In this document: piece after piece, positions 13,483 through 24,511 of the stretch
How the letters are laid out: every line of letters starts with the position of its first letter
Numbering within the stretch: position 1 is the first letter of the stretch
Origin: Oopsacas minuta
Lineage: Eukaryota; Animalia; Porifera
Assembly (NCBI GenBank): GCA_024704765.1
Contig: JAKMXF010000122.1
Coordinates: 457,068-521,067 of the forward strand
Reading direction: 5' to 3'
Length of the DNA stretch: 64,000 nucleotides
Position numbers and translations under genes: made by a program
Notes under the pieces: generated by a model
Seen by the model: the letters and a program-made list of their open reading frames with translations, nothing else
Database searches by the model: none
What the model was told of the DNA's origin: nothing

Positions 13483-14830
13483 TTCTAATTCTTAGTTGGA
13501 AGATGTAGCAGGTACTCAGTAGTACTTCTGTTTCAGTACTTTGTGCATAATCCATTTGTCATACATATGCATACTTCTAAACAAATAGAACTCTTATAAT
13601 TCTCTATGGTCAAGATGTTGATTCAAATTCAAATTCTACTGTGCCCCTAATTAGGATCCAACATCCTGAGTCTTCTACCATTCCAATACCCCTAGCAGAA
13701 ATATATGGTGGGTAAATACAAATTAGTAAGGCATAGAGACCTCCAAAATAAATAAAGTAAATGAATTATAGCTGGGCTATGATACCTAGTTTTTGTTTAG
13801 CATTAAACCAATTTTGAATTACCTTCAAAACTGTTGGAGGTTTGAATCTACCAGTGAAAATGTAAATGTTGCTACTGTTTTACATCTGTGCACAGCTTAT
13901 GTAATGCACAGGATCCGTTGGAGTTTAGACAAAGTTTGAAACTATATGGGCGCAAACTTCTATGGTTTAGTGAATTGTATATTTTACGAAAGACTATTTC
14001 AAACATTGATACAGTATAAAAGATATTATAACGGCAAAAGCAAGTGTTTGGTGCTCGAATTTCGATCTTTAGTATTCAATCCAACTTTGAGAATGTTTCT
14101 AAACTTGTTTCTCATCGCAAAGTCTGATTATCCAAATATGAATTGACCTTGAGTTCGGGGCTGTCTATACTATTTTCTGGGACTTTCCCGGAATCCGATT
14201 TAGCATATTACTGGTGTATTGGATTTTTTGGCTCTTGTATTACACGAAAGAGAATGATATTTGTGTACGTGACTAAGAGACATGCTTCAACTGTGGTCTT
14301 GAGTCCTTTCTAGATTCCAGAATGCAACAAATGTGTAATATAATGCATCATAGTGACGTGGGAAAACGAAAAAGTATGTAACGTCATAATATGCATATTC
14401 TACACACTAGAAGATTTTTGATGTAATAATGAAGCATGTAGCCTGAGGATTTTACCTGAAAATTTTGGAAAAATAAGGGAAAAATATTTTGATTTTTGGG
14501 GTTTGAAAAAATAACAAGAAGTTGATGTCGCTGGATATGTAAAATATGTGAGATTTTGAAATATTTTGTAAATAAAACAAGAGGTAATTACTTTTCACTT
14601 ATTCACAAATTATTAAAAAAGAGAATAGTTCTGCATATTCCGGTCTGATCTTTTATAAATTTTTAAGAACTTTATCAGCTTTGTCGAATTAGAGATATGT
14701 GTTCAGTGTGAGATAGAAATTAGTAAGGAAATACCTGAGGAATATGAGGATGGAGCAACTGTAAGATTAAACGCTGTAACTTACAGGCAAAAGCCTCCTT
14801 TGGTAAGCATTTATAGAATATTTATGAGAG
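13483..14830 (+). pseudogene. Middle part of a decayed NOF-like MULE transposase
   Basis: Readings PFVIHMHTSKQIELL, QHPESSTIPIPLAE and TVLHLCTAYVMHRI. Homologous to 44640-45120 on the minus strand. Confidence 0.6.
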
Positions 14831-14837
14831 TACTAAA

Positions 14838-14876
14838 TCCAATATCAAGGGTATTGAGGATAACCTTGATATTGGA
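14838..14876. repeat. Perfect 13-bp stem / 13-nt loop hairpin
   Basis: tccaatatcaagg-gtattgaggataa-ccttgatattgga. Confidence 0.85.
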
Positions 14877-14899
14877 GCAGTACTTAAAAGTAAATAAGT

Positions 14900-15120
14900 A
14901 AGGTTGAAACCGACCGAATCGAATATCAGTACTCATGAATAGCTGCCTTACCGATTACGAATAAAGAGAATATTTGGTTACTTTAACCGAATACGAATAC
15001 TAGAATATTTGCTTACTCATACCGAATACGAATACTGATATTCTGTTGGTAACTGAATATTAAACCATTCGCCATTAATTTTCGGTTGAACCGAATATTT
15101 AACTATTCAGTTGCAACCTT
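14900..15120. mobile_element. hAT-like MITE with subterminal accgaatacgaata repeats
   Basis: Ends aaggttgaaac / gttgcaacctt; several ccgaata(cgaata) motifs. TSD not recovered. Confidence 0.55.
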
Positions 15121-16066
15121 GTTAACAATGTATGTTACTATCCTAGATTATTTGATTTTCTATTGACATATTATATGCCATTGTTACCATTGTTAACAAT
15201 GGAATATGATATGTGAATAGAGTGGAATAATTTTGTGTACAATCAGTAGACAAGGTTGTGTTTGACAGACAGCAACGCTGGTATTGAATAACGGTTTAGG
15301 ATAGCGAAGCACAACATTTATACTCTAAAACAAGAACGAGAGCAGCTGATTTCATTAGGTCTATTTATGTGAATATTGAGGATAGGATTGCTGCATTTAA
15401 ATTTGCTTTCATGCCATTTCCAAACAAATATTTAAAAGGAAAAGAAAAATGACACGTAGAAACTGAAGAAATTCAAAAGAGGAAAGTTTAAAACGGAAAG
15501 AAACCAAATATAACTATATAAAACTCTCCTACTAGACAGATTGATATTTAGGAGGGCCGGATAAAAGTAGTTCAGGAGCCCTAAGCTAATTTCAGATAGG
15601 GGTCCTATTCACAACATTACTCAGAAATATTCGGAAATATATGTAAACAGTTGAATTAGTAGGTGGCCGATCTTAAAGTTTATTACTGCATAGTTGTAAA
15701 CTTATGTAAATATATATCAGTGAAAGTTCCTTAGGGAAAGTTAGGTTTCTCAAGTTTTTGAAATGAAATATATGGCTGATAGGAATTCCATCCCTTAAGA
15801 TAACATATTAGTGTATTTCGTTATGCATCACTGTCATAACTTGAAATTTCACATTAAAATCTAAAATGAGAAAGCCCAAATAAAAGTGAATTGTGTGCAA
15901 ATCCGTGAGATTTGGCACCTAAGCTAGTCCCTAGTTTATACAAGGCTCGTTATATATAAGTTTGATTATCGTAGCCCATACACTCTTCAAAAGTATTTCC
16001 TACGTTCATGTATGGGAAATATTCTATGGCCCATGAATTACTATAATACGGCTTGATAAGCAAAGA

Positions 16067-16457
16067 CAGGGCTGGGGTTGTTTAATCCAACCAAGGGCGG
16101 GATTAAATCTTTCCACTATTAGAGGTTAACCGTTGCAATTATTCTATAATACAATCAATGATGTTTGGTGGTTAAATTTGAATATTTCAATACATAGTTA
16201 TTAAAGAAGTCATTTTGATACGATTGCATATTACAAAACTATTGAAATTTAGAAATGCCTTCATGAAAGGTACATCTCAACTGTATCTAACTAGCAGAAT
16301 TCCTCTATTTAAATTTTAGAATTTGTGAGAACCTTAGGAACACTAAATAAATTGTCTGGAAATGAAACTGTTCGGTTAACTGAATTTATTTTATCCTAGC
16401 AGTTAAGTGAATATCGCAGCGGTTAACCGGTTAACCAGCTAACCGAATACAGCCCTG
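16067..16457. mobile_element. hAT-like insertion in the G MITE
   Basis: cagggctg...cagccctg termini. Degenerate target duplication gcaaaga / gaaaagaa. ggttaacc subterminal motifs. Confidence 0.55.
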
Positions 16458-16497
16458 GAAAAGAATTGCCAAAATAATTTCCAGACAAATGGTCATA

Positions 16498-17235
16498 CAG
16501 TGGAAGCCGCTTAATCGGGACAGCTCGGGAGTCAATCTTTCGTCCCGATTAACCAATTGTCCCCATTAACCGATTATGATTATTTAAGTATTCAAAACTA
16601 GTTTTTCATTATCACATGACCAGATATAACTTATTTCTATACTACTAATCCTGACTTTTGGTTGTAGTATGGGTACAGTTCCGCTTCAAGAGGTCATAGA
16701 ATGCGTTACGCTATATACTTAGAAAGTAAGAAAATAAATTTAAATAATAATGCACGTGCTTATTACTGCAACACATCCCAAACGTTTGGATATCCAACAG
16801 TCTGGTCATTATTGATGGAATTATACATGGTGAAATAACCAATGGAACCAGAGGCGAATGAGCAAAGTTAATAATCTTAGTAGAGTAAATGGTAATCGCA
16901 TCGGTGTTCTATTGTGATGGTTGTAGATAATATTCAAATTCCTAGTTTTAAAACAAACCATTTACAATGATTCTGAATAAATATATAATCGTTTAATTGG
17001 GATAGAAATCCCAATTAAGCGAATATAATTCACATCCGGTTAATCGGGATAAGAAATCCTGATACCGATTATGAACTTTCAAAAAATTCGGGTATTCGGG
17101 ATAAAAAATCCCGATTAACCGATTCGATGTCCCAATTATCCGACAATTTTTCTATGTAAAAAATCTGTTCTCAAACCATTGTCCGTTTAAGCGGATATCC
17201 TGATTATCAGAGTCCCGATTAAGCCGTTTCCACTG
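16498..17235. mobile_element. pogo/Tigger-type MITE
   Basis: TA-flanked TIR cagtggaagccgcttaatcgggac / gtcccgattaagccgtttccactg. Many cccgattaaccga subterminal repeats. Confidence 0.88.
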
Positions 17236-17763
17236 TATTCAATTTGATCATGAAGAATTCCAAATATTGCCATGGAATTCAACTATTGTGAGGTTATCAC
17301 ATATGATGGAAAGATCTAGAACATATTGGACATGTTTAATCAGTAATTCTAACCTCAATGACGCAATCAAAATTTACAGTCTTATATAGTAATTTCGATA
17401 ATAATGCTGAATATGTGCAAGATTTACGATAACCAATCTAATATATTGATGCAAACACTTTCTAAATATCAATTATTAGTAGAGCAGTAGAAAAATTACT
17501 TGTTACTCGAAAAATCTCTCTGAAGTAGACGATTAGTCTATTTCTCAATTTTGCTATAAAATGATATGAATTTCACTGAGTCATTGTGGTAAGAATCGCT
17601 GACTAATCATCAAAAGTGTACTAGATGTGTCCGCAGTTTGTGATAATCTAAGAATAGTGGAATTCACGAGGTTATGTGAAATTCTTCATGATCAAATCGA
17701 TATAATCTCTTCCAGGAAATATTCGGGGATTATTTGCTTAGCAATCAGTTGTATATAGGAAGG

Positions 17764-17886
17764 CATTGGTTCTCAACCTTTTTTCTTACGAGACCTCTTT
17801 GATCCATTTTATTGGTCCGCGGACCCCCTACCAATAAACATATTAAAACATTTTTAGGACCGAGGACCCCAGGTTGAGAACCATTG
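17764..17886. mobile_element. 123-bp hAT-Charlie MITE
   Basis: TIR cattggttctcaacc / ggttgagaaccattg. TSD taggaagg / tagtaagg (7 of 8 match). Confidence 0.88.
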
Positions 17887-18085
17887 TAGTAAGGCATGGG
17901 TATGCGTGTAACGATTTCGAAAAGTGGTACTTAGCCAACAAGAGTTTGGGAATCCCTATTCCAAAGTTTGTTGGGATAGGGCAGTGGGATATCATGGAGG
18001 GATTGTACTGAACCTCTGAACACTATATTGAGCAGAAACAGGTGAGAAATATAAATGTAGGAATAGAAATTAACTGTAAACTTAC

Positions 18086-18327
18086 AGAATATCACCGAAA
18101 GTAGATAAGTCAGAATCCATAGCAATAATGATCCCAACTTCAGAATTGAATATTACAGTATCTAAAATGGCGAAATAGAATGGGGAAGAAGAAAATATGG
18201 GTGCGTTATCATTAATATCCGTCACAAATACTTGAACAGTAGAATTATGATAGAGTTTGCATTGATCGTTTTCAATTATAGCACGCGTGGCGTCAAGAGG
18301 ATCACAAAAAGCTCCAAGACCTAGTGC
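18086..18327 (-). CDS. Cadherin exon 8 in window (242 nt; not in the supplied ORF track)
   Basis: Acceptor ttcatttag, donor gtaagt. Translates ALGLGAFCDPLDATRAIIENDQCKLYHNSTVQVFVTDINDNAPIF...IIAMDSDLSTFGDI. Phase 0 matches the end of the giant exon. Confidence 0.88.
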
Positions 18328-19231
18328 CTAAATGAACATCAAAATATAATATTCATGCTAAGATTGAAACAAAAACAACAACATAACGAATAGCATGAAT
18401 AGAGCTGGACATTATTAGAGATGTTAGATGTTTGTAGACTAAGTATATAGAAGATTGTCTCAATTGCAGCGGATTGAGCACGAGCCATGGTAGGATGTGG
18501 GCAAGGATAAAGAAGCAGGTTGAAGTCACTTAACTCTTATATAATATTTTTCCATTGTAAAATCGACCAGACCGACCTTAATGCAAAAATGAAATTCATT
18601 TAATATTTTAACTATTACGGGTGAAGTTTCAGGTTCGTAATGAGAAGGTAAACTAAATTTTACCGTTTGATTAAAAAATTCCCACACACTAATCGAGATT
18701 TTAGCAATTTTGACGTTATACACATTTCTGGCAGGTAGTCAAATAAGTTATTTCTCGTATATTCGTAATCAACACGAAATTTGCTTTCATCATAGGGTCA
18801 CATGGTCATCTTTGGAAGTAACAATATTCCCTGCGAAGGAAGGATTGTGAAACATATCATTGATAAATTGTGTTCAAATCCCTTTTGTTTAATGTGAGGT
18901 TAATACAGTGCTTTCTTTGGAATTAACAAGTAATTTTTATAGGATAAACCTGTTTTGTAGTCCAACATCCCAATTCAATGCAAATATCTTATGATTTACA
19001 TTGTTTCCAAGATTTCGCCAGATAACAGCTTAATAATGAAATAAATCGGCATATATTGCAAAACTTTTCGGATTTATGAAATGACGACATGTATTTCTAC
19101 GAGTATATAATAGACTCATTCTGTCAAAAGTGAACTGTTCCTGAAATATAGAGATATATTGTAGTATTATAATCCCAAACTGGCTTAACCAATCACTGGT
19201 AATGAAATTACTGCCCGCACAATTTTCTTGG

Positions 19232-19367
19232 TGTAGCCTTTCCAAACCTATGGTCCATAGACGACAGCAGGGGATTCATAGGATCTATTGCAGTCTATGG
19301 GAGGGGTCCACAGAATGTGGAAAAATTGGTATAGGGGGTCCACGGGTGAAAAGTTTGGGAACCATTG
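19232..19367. mobile_element. hAT-Charlie-like MITE remnant
   Basis: Right end gggtccacgggtgaaaagtttgggaaccattg. Left end degenerate. Confidence 0.55.
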
Positions 19368-19921
19368 CCTTAGTGAATTCGAATGATATACGTGAACCAA
19401 CATCACCCACTGATTCATTATATGTGAGAATAAGTTTCACCAATGATAAAACCAACGGTTGCAACCTTAGAATTCACACACGTAGCTAGGAATAATAACG
19501 ACTTCAAATATAATACAATACTGCGAAATGGTGTGAAAACCGTATGACTCATATTCCACAATGATTAACAGAAAGGTATATGCCCAATGGACTCCCAAAC
19601 TATGATTTCCTTGTCAGCGACATACGGTTTTGGTATTAATTTAGTTACTGTATGCAGCTTGTACTAGGACTCGAACAATAGTGCAGGGCTGCGGCATAAG
19701 AGTGTCGTTAATCCTCCGCTACTACCAGCTCCCTTCAGGGAAGAAATTCGGATCCCTCTTGCAGGGATCGTGCTTTTGATAAATGGTGTGTCTACCGATG
19801 CATCCATGGTAGGCGTACAGTACTTTGGGTACATCTTGCACCAAGCAGTCTAGCACCTCCACATTATCTGTATTATTTACAATTGATAAAAGAGATGAGA
19901 CATTGATTGCAATATTGATAA

Positions 19922-21684
19922 CACTGCCCTGCGTCAAATTTGCTGATTAATATCCATGAGTTGTTTTTAGTTAACTTGAGTATGCTGATTCTTAATCTGT
20001 CCTCAGAATTCCCCCATCACGTCTCGTTTTTACTCAAATGTCATTTTAATGTAAGTCAATTTTTTTAAGCACACTTCCCTAGAATAAATGATCATATTTG
20101 ATACATGTGTGAATTTTTGTCTTTTGAAATAAACAGATGCCTGCTTTATTGCATTACTAATTAGTCCCTTTAACTCCATTCTTTTCTACATAATTTTATT
20201 CCGTGTGTATTATCTCGTTCTATTTCTCCACAGTTATTTAATCAGTCTGAATTAAATGATTTGGTACAAGATTTAGATTTACCTAAAGAATCTGCGGAGT
20301 TGTTAGGGTCTAGGGGAAAAGAACAAAACTTGCTTCTCCCAGAAACAAAATTTTACTCATATAGGAACAGAGAGATCGAATTTTTGAAATATTTCATAAT
20401 GGAAGACGGATTTGTGTTTTGTCATGATGTTTCACCGCTAGTTAATGCTCTTGGATGTCCGTATGTACCTAATGATTGGAGACTCATTATTGATTGTTCA
20501 AAACAAAGTTTGAAATGTGTTCTACTTCATAATGGCAACAAATTTAGTTCCATACCAATTGGACATTCAGTAAGTTTAAAGGAACGATATGATAACATGA
20601 AAATTGTGCTTCATAAAATTAATTATAACCAGCACAATTGGGTAATCTGTGGTGACTTAAAAATCATATGCATTCTTTTGGGACAGCAATCAGGATATAC
20701 AAAATACCCTTGTTTTTTATGCTTATGGGACAGTCGTGCAAAGAGCGAATATTATTCTAGACAGAGCTGGCCAGCTAGAACCAATCTTAATGTTGGAGAT
20801 AAGAACATTATCCACGAGCCTCTAGTGGATCCTCTCAAGATTTTGCTTCCACCACTTCATATAAAATTAGGATTGATGAAACAGTTTGTAAGGGCATTAG
20901 ATAAGGAAGGAAATTGTTTCAAATATATTACCGAGAAGTTTTACTACCTAAGTGATGAAAAAAGAAAAGCCGGTATATTCGACGGTCCTCAGATTAGACA
21001 ACTTGTTCGAGATGATAATTTTTCAAATTATATGACATGCAAAGAAAAATGTGCATGGAATGCATTTGTAGATGTCATGAAAAACTTCTTGGGAAATACG
21101 AAATCTCCTAATTATAAAATACTTGTGAATGAGTTGATTGAATCTTACAAGAATCTCGGCTGCAATATGAGTGTAAAAGTTAACTTTCTTCACAGTCATA
21201 TTGACTATTTTCCAGAGAATCTTGGAGCTGTTTCCGAGGAGCAAGGTGAACGATTCCACCAAGACATAAAAACAATGGAAACACGATATCAGGGAGGTGG
21301 GACGTTCATATGATGGCTGATTACTGCTCGTGCCTCAAGAGAGATTGTATTGATGTTATTCATGCTAGAATGTCAAAAAATTGGAAATTTACTCCTGATT
21401 CAGACTAATATATTCAAATTTATTTATTAACTAAGATTATATTATCAATAAAAATTTCATTGTAATTCTTAGTAAAATTTATAAATGGCAGATTTTCACT
21501 ATTTTACTTGTAGAAGTGTCATGCATTCATCGATAAATATACCAATATTTAAAATAATTTTGCAAAAAAACTAGACGTGATACGTATACTATACAACATT
21601 TTTTAAAATCAGTATTAAAATGTGGATTAGAAAATGTTTTGCAATAACAATCAGCAAATAAAATTTTTTTTCCGCAAGGCTGTG
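19922..21684 (+). mobile_element. Chapaev3-like (CMC superfamily) DNA transposon, 5'-deleted
   Basis: Termini cactgccctgcg...tttgctgatt / aatcagcaaa...cgcaaggctgtg. 3-bp TSD TAA at 19919-19921 and 21685-21687. Confidence 0.78.
20261..21313 (+). CDS. Transposase core of the Chapaev3-like element (truncated; frameshift near the C-terminus)
   Basis: 350-aa ORF with CGDLK, CFLCLWDSR, LPPLHIKLG and SEEQGERFHQ. The frame begins upstream at SPQLFNQSELNDL. After a 1-nt loss at 21293 the expected WDVHMMADYC continues in another frame. Confidence 0.8.
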   Translation: MVQDLDLPKESAELLGSRGKEQNLLLPETKFYSYRNREIEFLKYFIMEDGFVFCHDVSPLVNALGCPYVPNDWRLIIDCSKQSLKCVLLHNGNKFSSIPIGHSVSLKERYDNMKIVLHKINYNQHNWVICGDLKIICILLGQQSGYTKYPCFLCLWDSRAKSEYYSRQSWPARTNLNVGDKNIIHEPLVDPLKILLPPLHIKLGLMKQFVRALDKEGNCFKYITEKFYYLSDEKRKAGIFDGPQIRQLVRDDNFSNYMTCKEKCAWNAFVDVMKNFLGNTKSPNYKILVNELIESYKNLGCNMSVKVNFLHSHIDYFPENLGAVSEEQGERFHQDIKTMETRYQGGGTFI

Positions 21685-22079
21685 TAATTAGTCCCGGGTA
21701 AGACTATATCTAACACCAAGAAAGTTGTTCCAAAAATCCTCAGTTCGTGGAGTATTCTGTTTCTAAAATTGGATTACATTTTTCTAAATCTAGTAAGGGG
21801 TTAATTATAGCCACAATTTCTTAAAATCTTATAGCCACCTTATTTGGTGTATTGTAATTCAATCCTAAAAATACAATTGGGATCGCTAGTCTGTTTTATG
21901 CCTTTGTATTCTAAAAATTACCTTTCTATTACTACAAAAATTGTATCCACACCAAACGAATATTTTTCTCATGAAATGATTTGCGTACATCATCTTGCTT
22001 GTTCCAATTCCAAATATTTGACGCTACTTTGTTTATTTCCATTTTGGGTAGCATACGAAGTATGGAATATGCTTTAGAC

Positions 22080-22854
22080 CAGGGGTTCTTAACCTTTTTG
22101 TCCCTTCGCTCCCCTTTTATACTCATTTTGTCCTTACGCCCCCTTTTATGACCACTAAATAATTATACTACCTTGACTTTGAAATCTATTTGTTAATACA
22201 TAAGTATTTCACTATAAGGATACTGCTTTGATCAATCGAGCATCTAATTAACTGATGAGGTAAATTATTCAATGTAATTGTTGAATCTGTATTTTAGCAA
22301 CAACGTTTTTAATCCTTGGAGTTGTTTCTGAGAGGGCACAACGTAGGTCAGCTTCTACAAACATCCTGCTTCGATATTTACTCTTAATGAGCACTAATGT
22401 TGAAAATGCTGTCTCACAGAGATAGGTTAAGGAAAATTGTAAGAGGACAGGCAATGCTAGCTGGCTGAGATCAAGGTACATTGGCAAATACACACGACAC
22501 ATTGCGGTACTTCATCACTACCTAGGTTGATAAAAGTAAATCCATACTTGATATAATAATTCAGATATTTTCTATTTTTAGCACTGCTAGCCAAGGTTAA
22601 ATTGTCAAATTATTGAATAGGTAGAGGGCTGTAAATACAGGTTAGGGATGTCTAAATTGTCTATAGGATATATACACACTGTAAACGAGGTGGTTAGTTG
22701 TCCCTTTAAAATCAGAATCTAAATTCACATCATGGACGATATTCGAAGCACCAAGCTTCAAATTTAAGTACTAGACAAGTAAAAATTTAATGATTTATAC
22801 ACTTGAAAAAATCAAAATGCAAAATTCGAAATCAAATGCCACCCCCCCCCCCTG
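22080..22854 (-). mobile_element. hAT-Charlie/Buster-type deletion derivative retaining the dimerisation domain
   Basis: TIR caggggttcttaacc. Exact TSD CTTTAGAC at 22072-22079 and 22855-22862. Right TIR collapsed to poly-C+cctg. ORF TYLCETAFSTLVLIKSKYRSR. Confidence 0.85.
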
Positions 22855-23811
22855 CTTTAGACAATAACTATACAAATGCTTCATCACTCATGAAAATATG
22901 TTGAACTTCAGGTTTCGTTTTTCATTAATTGCTGTATTATGAGTGTGAATTTGGCAGCGAAATGAATCGAGCACATTTTGACACGTTATAATTATGTGAC
23001 CAGTGCAGGTAAAGAGATGCCATTTCGACTATACCAATACTAACCAAGGATCTTTATGTCATGCGTATATATCATCAATTATCTTTTAGTTTAATGTTAT
23101 TGCCTACAATCACACAGTAGTCAAATAGAGATAGAGTTACCACTAGTACTTTAGCAGCACTTAATCCTGTAGAGATCATCTAGTATATGTCATCTAAAAG
23201 ATCTAACTATATTTTGCTGTAATTAACTACTTGAATCTAATCTCCATACTTAACTATTTCTTTGAGCATCATTGTGCTGTATCAATTTCTTCAACAAAAC
23301 ACTCAGTTATCACGCTCTCCATTGTATTTCCTTTTGTATCTGGTTGAAAATGACTGAAATATAAATGCAAATACAACCTCTAGTCAGTCAATGGATGCAC
23401 ATGTGTATGTCGTTGAATCCATAACCAGAAAATATGTGCCAAAACGATCTATATCTTTAAATAGGAAATTTCGGTTTTGAGGAGTTGGGTTACTAGAAAC
23501 ACTTGTGAGACAATTCCCCACGGCCCTACTCGATCCATCTTACCTCACGATATATAACATCTATTGTAGTACAATTAAGCTCTGGAAGCAAATCATAATG
23601 CATATGCAATAGTTGGTACATTGTGCTCGATATTCATTTTTCAAATTTGTTATTAACAACTCTCAAAATTCTTTATGGTAAAGGCCTGAACCCGTATAAT
23701 ACATGATAGTGAACTGAAGTGACAAATTCCATAAAATGCATTCTTTAATTGCAGAAAGAATGATCGGAAATTTGAAGGAAGACTGTAATAAGTGTATTTG
23801 CGACAAATTTC

Positions 23812-24511
23812 CACGATTACAAGATAACAACGATGGAGTACACAGCAGTTACATTATTGTAAAGACTAAAGAAATTGAGAAATAATACATCCATCAATAT
23901 ATTAAAAGTCACAAATTATCTAGCGACCCATAGTTTTTCTTTAAGAAATTGAATTATAGAATACGATTGAAGGCATCTGGAAGTTTGAGGCGATTCTGGT
24001 GGTAAATAAATCGAGAATTGTCTTCAAATTTGCAGTTCGTAATACACAAAAACTGTGAATTTAATGATTTTAGAATGCTGTTGTGGGTTAAGGCTTTTGA
24101 GTATTTCACGATCATAGTAATATCGTTAGAAACGTTCACATCTCAACTATCGATATTCATTAAAATAATTTAAATTCAGTGTGGTAAACAAAGACCAGTC
24201 TACTTTCTGTATAATCTAATCCATCGCCTTCAACTCTCACTTGCAAATTCAACTTTGAAATCTGATAGCTCAGCGAGTTGGAGGAAAGGAACTTCAGAAT
24301 CGAATTCGAAATTTGAGAGCGTTATTTCGAATGAAGTTGTATACAAACTCACTATGACAAAAATGTGAGTAAATAAAAATGTCTATATTGCCTAAAACGT
24401 CCAACAATCCTCTATTGAATGATACCAATTATGTTTAAATCAGAGGAGGACAAGTGAGTAAAATTAGTGATCGAAGTTTACATGGTCGAAGACTAAGCTA
24501 GCTTCACACTC
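23812..24511. repeat. Solo F-family arm
   Basis: Collinear with 11330-11920 plus 13284-13482, and ends at the same cttcacactc terminus. Confidence 0.8.

Larger units (their letters stand above)
16035..17895. mobile_element. 'G' family long-TIR MITE (AT-flanked) carrying three nested insertions
   Basis: After removing the three inserts, both ends match the G termini (at|g..tactata..cggct..taagcaaagaattgcc and tatagtaaggc|at). Confidence 0.7.

Noticed and set aside
14897-15120. Short repeats accgaatacgaata (and cccgattaaccga at 16.5-17.2 kb) as a CRISPR-like array
   Set aside because: No constant repeat-spacer periodicity, eukaryotic context, and they lie within TIR-bounded MITEs as typical subterminal motifs.
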